Shown here: positions 23,818-27,424 of the stretch, one piece after another | Layout of the letters: each line of letters starts with the position of its first letter | Numbering within the stretch: position 1 is the stretch's first letter | From: a plasmid | Direction: 5' to 3' (one strand) | DNA: 27,424 nucleotides | Sequence record: NZ_CP063322.1 | Notes under the pieces: model-generated | The model's input: the letters and a program-made list of their open reading frames with translations, nothing else | Database searches by the model: none | Told to the model about the DNA's origin: nothing | Made by a program: the position numbers and the translations under genes

Positions 23818-25236
23818 GTGCGTTACGACCTGGCGATCATCGGCTCGGGCGGGGCTGCGTTCGCTGCCGCCATCGCCGCCACCACACGGGGGCGCAGTGT
23901 GGTGATGATCGAACGTTCCACCACCGGCGGGACGTGCGTGAATGTCGGCTGCGTGCCGTCCAAGGCGCTGCTCGCCGCCGCCGAGGCCCGCCACAGCGCG
24001 TCGAGGGCCGGCCGGTTTCCCGGTATCACCGCCAACGCCGCCCCCGTAGACGGTCCCGCGTTGATCGCCGGGAAGGACGCTCTCGTCGAGGGACTGCGGA
24101 CCGAAAAGTACATCGACCTCGCCGCCGACTACGGCTGGGAGATCATCGCGGGCACCGCAAGGTTCACCTCCGATGCCGGCGGCCCGGGCCTGGCTGTCGA
24201 ACTGGCCGGCGGCGCGGTCACCCGCGTCGAGGCCCAGCACTATCTGATCGCCACCGGCTCCGCGCCGTGTGCCCCGCCCCTCGACGGACTGCCGGGCACT
24301 GGGTATTTGACGTCGACCACGGCGATGGAGCTGGACCGCCTCCCCAAATCCATGATCGTGCTCGGCGGCGGCTATGTGGGCCTGGAACAGGCGCAGCTGT
24401 TTGCCCGCCTGGGCACCGCGGTAACCGTCGTGACGCGCTCGACCCTCACCTCCAGGGAGGAACCGGAGGTCTCTGCTGTTCTGGAGGAAGTTTTCGGTGA
24501 TGAGGGCATCCGGGTGAACACCCACGTCACCGTGACGGCCGTGCGCCGCGACGACAACGGTTACACCCTCACCGCGGAGCGCGGCACGCAACGGTTGCAT
24601 CTGCGTGCCGAGCAGCTGCTGGTGGCCACCGGGCGCCGCCCGGTCACCGCCGGGCTGAACCTAGAGGCGGTCGGGGTCAAGACCGGGCCGCGCGCAGAAA
24701 TCATGGTCGACGACTACCTGCGCACCGGCAACGAGCGGATCTGGGCCGCCGGTGACGTGACCGGAGGACCACAGTTCGTCTACGTCGCCGCCGCCCAGGG
24801 CACCCTGGTCGCCAACAACGCCCTGTCCGGGGCCGAACGCATCCTGGACTACACCGCCCTGCCGAGGGTCATCTTCACCAGCCCCGCCATCGCCTCGGTC
24901 GGCATGACCGACGCCCAGGCCGTCGACGCCGGTATCCCATGTGACTGCCGCGTACTGCCGTTGGCGTATGTGACGCGGGCAGTCGTCAATCGCGATACCC
25001 GCGGGCTGGTCAAACTCGTCGCCCAGGCCGGCACCGGACGGCTGCTCGGGGTGCACGTCGTCGCCGAGAACGCCGGCGACGTCATCACCGCGGCCACCTA
25101 CGCGCTGAGCGCCGGGATGACCGTCGAGCAGCTCGCCCACACCTGGGCCCCGTATCTGACCATGGCCGAATCCCTCAAACTCGCCGCCCAGGCCTACACC
25201 ACCGACGTCGCCAAACTGTCCTGCTGCGCCGGCTGA
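23818..25236 (+). CDS. merA: Mercuric reductase MerA (core enzyme without N-terminal NmerA/HMA domain)
   Basis: FAD site AIIGSGGAAFAAA. Redox-active GGTCVNVGCVPSK. NADPH-binding VLGGGYVGLE. C-terminal vicinal cysteines KLSCCAG, diagnostic for MerA. GTG start at 23818; ATG 23734 is the alternative. The ORF's upstream extension is antisense to merR and is discounted. Confidence 0.9.
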   Translation: MRYDLAIIGSGGAAFAAAIAATTRGRSVVMIERSTTGGTCVNVGCVPSKALLAAAEARHSASRAGRFPGITANAAPVDGPALIAGKDALVEGLRTEKYIDLAADYGWEIIAGTARFTSDAGGPGLAVELAGGAVTRVEAQHYLIATGSAPCAPPLDGLPGTGYLTSTTAMELDRLPKSMIVLGGGYVGLEQAQLFARLGTAVTVVTRSTLTSREEPEVSAVLEEVFGDEGIRVNTHVTVTAVRRDDNGYTLTAERGTQRLHLRAEQLLVATGRRPVTAGLNLEAVGVKTGPRAEIMVDDYLRTGNERIWAAGDVTGGPQFVYVAAAQGTLVANNALSGAERILDYTALPRVIFTSPAIASVGMTDAQAVDAGIPCDCRVLPLAYVTRAVVNRDTRGLVKLVAQAGTGRLLGVHVVAENAGDVITAATYALSAGMTVEQLAHTWAPYLTMAESLKLAAQAYTTDVAKLSCCAG

Positions 25237-25475
25237 CCAACAACCCGACGGGGTTGCAGGATCAGGCCGGTCTCGAAGGCATCGAGCGGCAACGGGCTTA
25301 AAATCGTTCGCTCGGAGGCGAACTCGGTACCGATGTCGAACTGGTGACCCGGCAGATGCCGGGCATCGTCGATCAGATCGGCGGCCGCAATGTGATCGTT
25401 GAGCTCGGCCAACGAGTCCACCTCGGGTATGGGAACGAGGTGGCGTCGACGGAACCGGCCGATCTCACCTTCCAC
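25237..25475 (-). mobile_element. Possible IS21-family IstA transposase C-terminal remnant
   Basis: The minus-frame peptide ...VDSLAELNDHIAAADLIDDARHLPGHQFDIGTEFASERTILSPLPLDAFETG follows the IstA C-terminal pattern (f.SLeeLN..l..W....aN.R.H..T...P.ERf..Er..L.PLP...F). No DDE core and no istB present. Tentative. Confidence 0.3.
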
Positions 25476-25511
25476 GCCGCCCTTTTCGTGACTGCCTGCC
25501 AGACCCGCCCA

Positions 25512-25733
25512 ATGAGCGAATCCATCCTGATCGTCGTAGCCATCATCGTCGTAGCGATCATCGTCGTGGCGATCACGGTCCTGGGCCTGGCAATCTGCGT
25601 GCTCGCCGGCTACCTGGCCCGCATTCCCGACTGCAAGGTCACCATCGGCGAAGTCGGCCGAGCGATCGGCGCCATCGTCGGGGTCGGCCTCGAAGCGGTG
25701 GCCACGATCATCACGTCCGTGCGACGACCGTGA
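25512..25733 (+). CDS. Small hydrophobic protein (about 73 aa, 2 predicted TM) containing in-frame 15-bp tandem repeats
   Basis: MSESILIVVAIIVVAIIVVAITVLGLAICVLAGYLARIP.... Sits downstream of merA. The frame is open from 25344, but that part overlaps the IstA-like remnant and looks non-coding. Confidence 0.3.
   Translation: MSESILIVVAIIVVAIIVVAITVLGLAICVLAGYLARIPDCKVTIGEVGRAIGAIVGVGLEAVATIITSVRRP
25528..25580. repeat. About 3.5 copies of a 15-bp tandem repeat (CATCATCGTCGTAGC-like) encoding (V/I)AIIV units
   Basis: Seen directly: ctgatcgtcgtagc|catcatcgtcgtagc|gatcatcgtcgtggc|gatcacggtc. Confidence 0.5.
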
Positions 25734-25748
25734 GAGCCCACCGCCTCA

Positions 25749-25757
25749 TGGGGGGGG
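25749..25757. repeat. G9 homopolymer tract (atgGGGGGGGGcgg) in a non-coding stretch
   Basis: Seen directly. Unusual in this GC-rich but homopolymer-poor sequence. Possible slipped-strand site or assembly-error hotspot. Confidence 0.6.
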
Positions 25758-25929
25758 GGCGGACTTCCTCGGCCTCGATTGTGGCGAAACGGTGGGTGGT
25801 GGCCGTCAAGGCCGGTACCGCCGCTGCGCGGTCGACCTACGGTCGAGCCTGGACAGCCACCACCCACCGCGCAAACGGGCCAGTACGAGGAAGCCGGGAG
25901 GGAAACGCTGGCCAGTCTCCGGGGGCGAG

Positions 25930-26157
25930 CTACTCGGACTGGGGCACCCCGGCACGGTCCAAGAACTCGTTGAGCGCCGCATCCACGATGTCGGTGACCG
26001 CGTACCCGCGATCCTTCAACACCTCCACGCGCTGCTGCGTGCCCGGACGCACATAGGTGTTCAACGGCACCTTCTGCTGCCGCTTACGCAAGGGCAGCGC
26101 GCTACCGGCAGCGTCGGGAGCACCGCCGTCGAGAGCATCACCAGCCGAATCGGGCAT
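25930..26157 (-). CDS. Orphan ParG-like ribbon-helix-helix protein (paralogue of 22262..22669)
   Basis: RKRQQKVPLNTYVRPGTQQRVEVLKDRGYAVTDIVDAALNEFLDRAGVPQS aligns residue-by-residue with KTRQRKSPFATQLHAGTLARLEWIKAHGYVITDTVDEAINRYLDDAGIPKP of the parA-linked protein. No adjacent parA. Confidence 0.5.
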   Translation of the reverse strand: MPDSAGDALDGGAPDAAGSALPLRKRQQKVPLNTYVRPGTQQRVEVLKDRGYAVTDIVDAALNEFLDRAGVPQSE

Positions 26158-26220
26158 GCACGCATCCTACATGCATCGCTAAAAGTAGATTGCATGCAAA
26201 TTGCTTGCATGTATGCACGC
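26150..26220. repeat. TTGCATG-based palindromes (TTGCATGCAA perfect 10-mer, TGCATGTATGCA, TACATGCAT) in the divergent promoter region of the parG-like paralogue
   Basis: Seen directly: gcatgcacgcatccTACATGCATcgctaaaagtagaTTGCATGCAAattgcTTGCATGTATGCAcgc. The TTGCATG core is shared with the parA iterons at 21375-21440. Confidence 0.45.
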
Positions 26221-26239
26221 ACGCTCTTACAGTGATGGC

Positions 26240-26527
26240 ATGGAAACCCTCGGCACGGTCCAAGACGACGTGAGTGCGGTCCGGGACTTCGCGTCCCAGG
26301 TCCGTGCGCTGTGTGCGCAACTGACAGCTAATCCGTTCAACACCCCCGCCGCAGAGAAGCTCCTCGATCTGCTCCTGGAGGATGCCCCGACAGTGGATCT
26401 CGCCGTCGAACGAGTGTTGCGGTCGGTGATCCACGGACCCGCGTCGACCGGCGCCCCGATCCTGGACATGCTCAGCGGCCCACGCTGCACCCCGCACGCC
26501 GCGCTCGTCGTCGGCGCGGCGGCTTAA
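26240..26527 (+). CDS. Hypothetical protein (about 95 aa)
   Basis: ORF divergent from the parG-like paralogue. The frame is open from 26201, inside the repeat region. Weak RBS. No recognisable domain. Confidence 0.3.
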   Translation: METLGTVQDDVSAVRDFASQVRALCAQLTANPFNTPAAEKLLDLLLEDAPTVDLAVERVLRSVIHGPASTGAPILDMLSGPRCTPHAALVVGAAA

Positions 26528-26558
26528 AGTCGGGCCGAAACCCCACGAACGTGCTCGT

Positions 26559-26942
26559 TCAGCGCTGGACCGGCCACACCACGTGGTGCTGGGCGCGAGG
26601 CGCACCGTGGTCGAAGACAGCTTCAGCCATCAGCTGTGCGCTCCTGCTGGCGATCATCTCGGTCAGGTCGTACTGCACTTCGCTGCAGGCTTCATCGAGC
26701 AGAACCTGTTGCGCCGAGGCGATCATCGTGGACTCATCAGCGTCGCTGACCTGTGATCGGGCCGCCCAGTCGCTCATCCGATCGCCAATCGCGTCCACCT
26801 CCGAGATCACCATGCACGCCGCCTCGCTGGCGTACTCCTCAATGAACGCCGACCGCGCCTCAGCCGGCCACCACGACGGGATCGGGAGCTGGGCCGTGTA
26901 CACCGCCGTGATGGCCGCCTCCAGCTCCGCTGCATCGATCAC
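26559..26942 (-). CDS. Hypothetical protein (about 127 aa)
   Basis: Well-composed acidic ORF (…SWWPAEARSAFIEEYASEAAC…DLTEMIASRSAQLMAEAVFDHG…). Start uncertain: GTG about 26942, with the frame open to 27053. No recognisable family. Confidence 0.35.
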   Translation of the reverse strand: MIDAAELEAAITAVYTAQLPIPSWWPAEARSAFIEEYASEAACMVISEVDAIGDRMSDWAARSQVSDADESTMIASAQQVLLDEACSEVQYDLTEMIASRSAQLMAEAVFDHGAPRAQHHVVWPVQR

Positions 26943-27029
26943 AACCCGAACGGTAGCCGTGTGAAAGGAGAGACGGGATGTGCGCGTGTCGTTATCAGGT
27001 AACGCGCTGTTCCGCTGGCAGAGTCTCCA

Positions 27030-27238
27030 CCATGGCCCAAAGGCGCAGCACACATAAGGGCGATCGCGCGCAGATCATGTCGCGGCCCGATCGCGTCGTC
27101 TACGACATCGTCAAACGCGAAGCCGCGCAACGCGGCATCCCAATGGGCCAGTACGTGGCCGACGTCCTCGCCGCCCACGTAGGCCACCCCGAGCTGGTTC
27201 GCGAACTCGACAAGGAGGTCCTGCCGCTGGCGATGTGA
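27030..27238 (+). CDS. Small ribbon-helix-helix-like protein (about 69 aa)
   Basis: MAQRRSTHKGDRAQIMSRPDRVVYDIVKREAAQRGIPMGQYVADVLAAHVG has a beta-strand plus two-helix pattern typical of CopG/Arc-type regulators or antitoxins. Family call tentative. Confidence 0.35.
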
Positions 27239-27337
27239 TCACCCGCCAGGCCTCAAGACTTTTGCTGGGTAGGGGGTCTTGGCATACGTGACATCTGAAT
27301 AGCCGGTGTGCGGATTACCCGCTGACATGACGAAGGC

Positions 27338-27400
27338 CCCGCGTTAGCGAGGCCCTTGTCTGAGGTTTTGAACCGAGCGCCAACTCGGTTCTGGGTCCGC
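27338..27400. other. Two hairpins at the window end: GCCCCGC-gtta-GCGAGGC (1 mismatch) followed by T-rich GTCTGAGGTTTT, and perfect GAACCGAG-cgccaa-CTCGGTTC
   Basis: Seen directly. Could be a terminator for the upstream small ORF, or part of a structured RNA or attachment site that continues beyond the window. Not tRNA-like (no T-loop/CCA architecture). Confidence 0.25.
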
Positions 27401-27424
27401 ACCCATTCCCCGAAGGGATCTGTC

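Noticed and set aside
25344-25511. N-terminal 56-aa extension of the small hydrophobic ORF (GTG at 25344)
   Set aside because: The extension overlaps the IstA-like remnant on the other strand and has no RBS. The hydrophobic core starts at ATG 25512. I also noticed a 1-nt inconsistency between my hand indexing and the ORF track in lines 25381-25501, so hand-derived coordinates there are ±1.
21375-26220. TTGCATG-type repeat clusters considered as a possible CRISPR array
   Set aside because: The repeats are 7-14 nt, irregularly spaced and partly palindromic, with no 25-40-nt repeat/spacer periodicity and no cas genes. They fit partition-protein or regulator binding sites instead.
27330-27424. 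tRNA or tmRNA fragment at the window end (GGTTC...AAAACC resembles a T-loop)
   Set aside because: Only a 2-bp T-stem equivalent, no acceptor stem or CCA, and no anticodon-arm candidate. The perfect 8-bp hairpin is better explained as a simple stem-loop.

Overview
High-GC (about 65-70%) actinobacterial DNA that reads like a Mycobacterium-type conjugative or mobilisable plasmid backbone, with accessory cargo inserted between the backbone genes. I read it by eye on both strands. Hand-indexed coordinates may be off by 1-2 nt. CDS ends come from the ORF track, and most starts were re-picked.

Backbone, left side: a 5'-truncated HTH protein (1-1332). An AT-richer leader follows, with a perfect 12-3-12 inverted repeat at 1577-1603, a candidate oriT. 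A 1.1k-aa MobF/TrwC-type relaxase-helicase TraA follows (about 1648-4986).

Accessory block 1 (5.2-8.3 kb): a membrane GGDEF-fold protein with a degenerate active site, a small standalone ANTAR-domain protein, a TetR regulator with a perfect 11-1-11 palindrome upstream, and a small hypothetical.

Accessory block 2 (8.4-20.1 kb), bracketed by two divergent serine recombinases. Each recombinase has a TGTC-core res-like site just upstream of its own gene.
- A TIGR02391/Ymh-like gene, broken by a frameshift in a C5 homopolymer.
- A Cd/Co-type metal module: DsbA-like protein, a CadC-like ArsR regulator, DUF3703, a TlpA-like lipoprotein, CadD, a P1B ATPase with an SPC motif, and a CmtR-like ArsR regulator.
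- A lipid-modification cluster: an AraC regulator, a fatty-acid hydroxylase/sterol desaturase, a SAM methyltransferase and an ICMT-family membrane methyltransferase.
- A ribbon-helix-helix (RHH)-YfbU fusion protein.

Right side:
- A small acidic ORF with a RelB/YefM-antitoxin-like C-terminal motif, followed by an Abi_2 (AbiD/F-like) abortive-infection gene.
- A parA / small RHH parG-like operon behind (A)CATGTTTGCATG iterons.
- An actinobacterial-type mercury module: an ArsR-type regulator and a MerT-like protein, divergent from a core MerA.
- A junction region with a possible IS21 istA remnant, 15-bp in-frame tandem repeats and a G9 tract.
- A second, orphan parG-like gene next to TTGCATGCAA palindromes.
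- Small hypotheticals, including an RHH-like ORF.

No rRNA, tRNA or CRISPR array was seen.

The best candidates for something not yet described are the RHH-YfbU fusion and RelB-like/Abi_2 neighbourhood, the degenerate-GGDEF + ANTAR pair, the AraC-controlled desaturase/methyltransferase cluster embedded in the metal island, and a 15-nt element shared immediately upstream of two regulators' start codons that is consistent with leaderless promoters. Family calls come from recognised motifs and established family knowledge. No database search was run.
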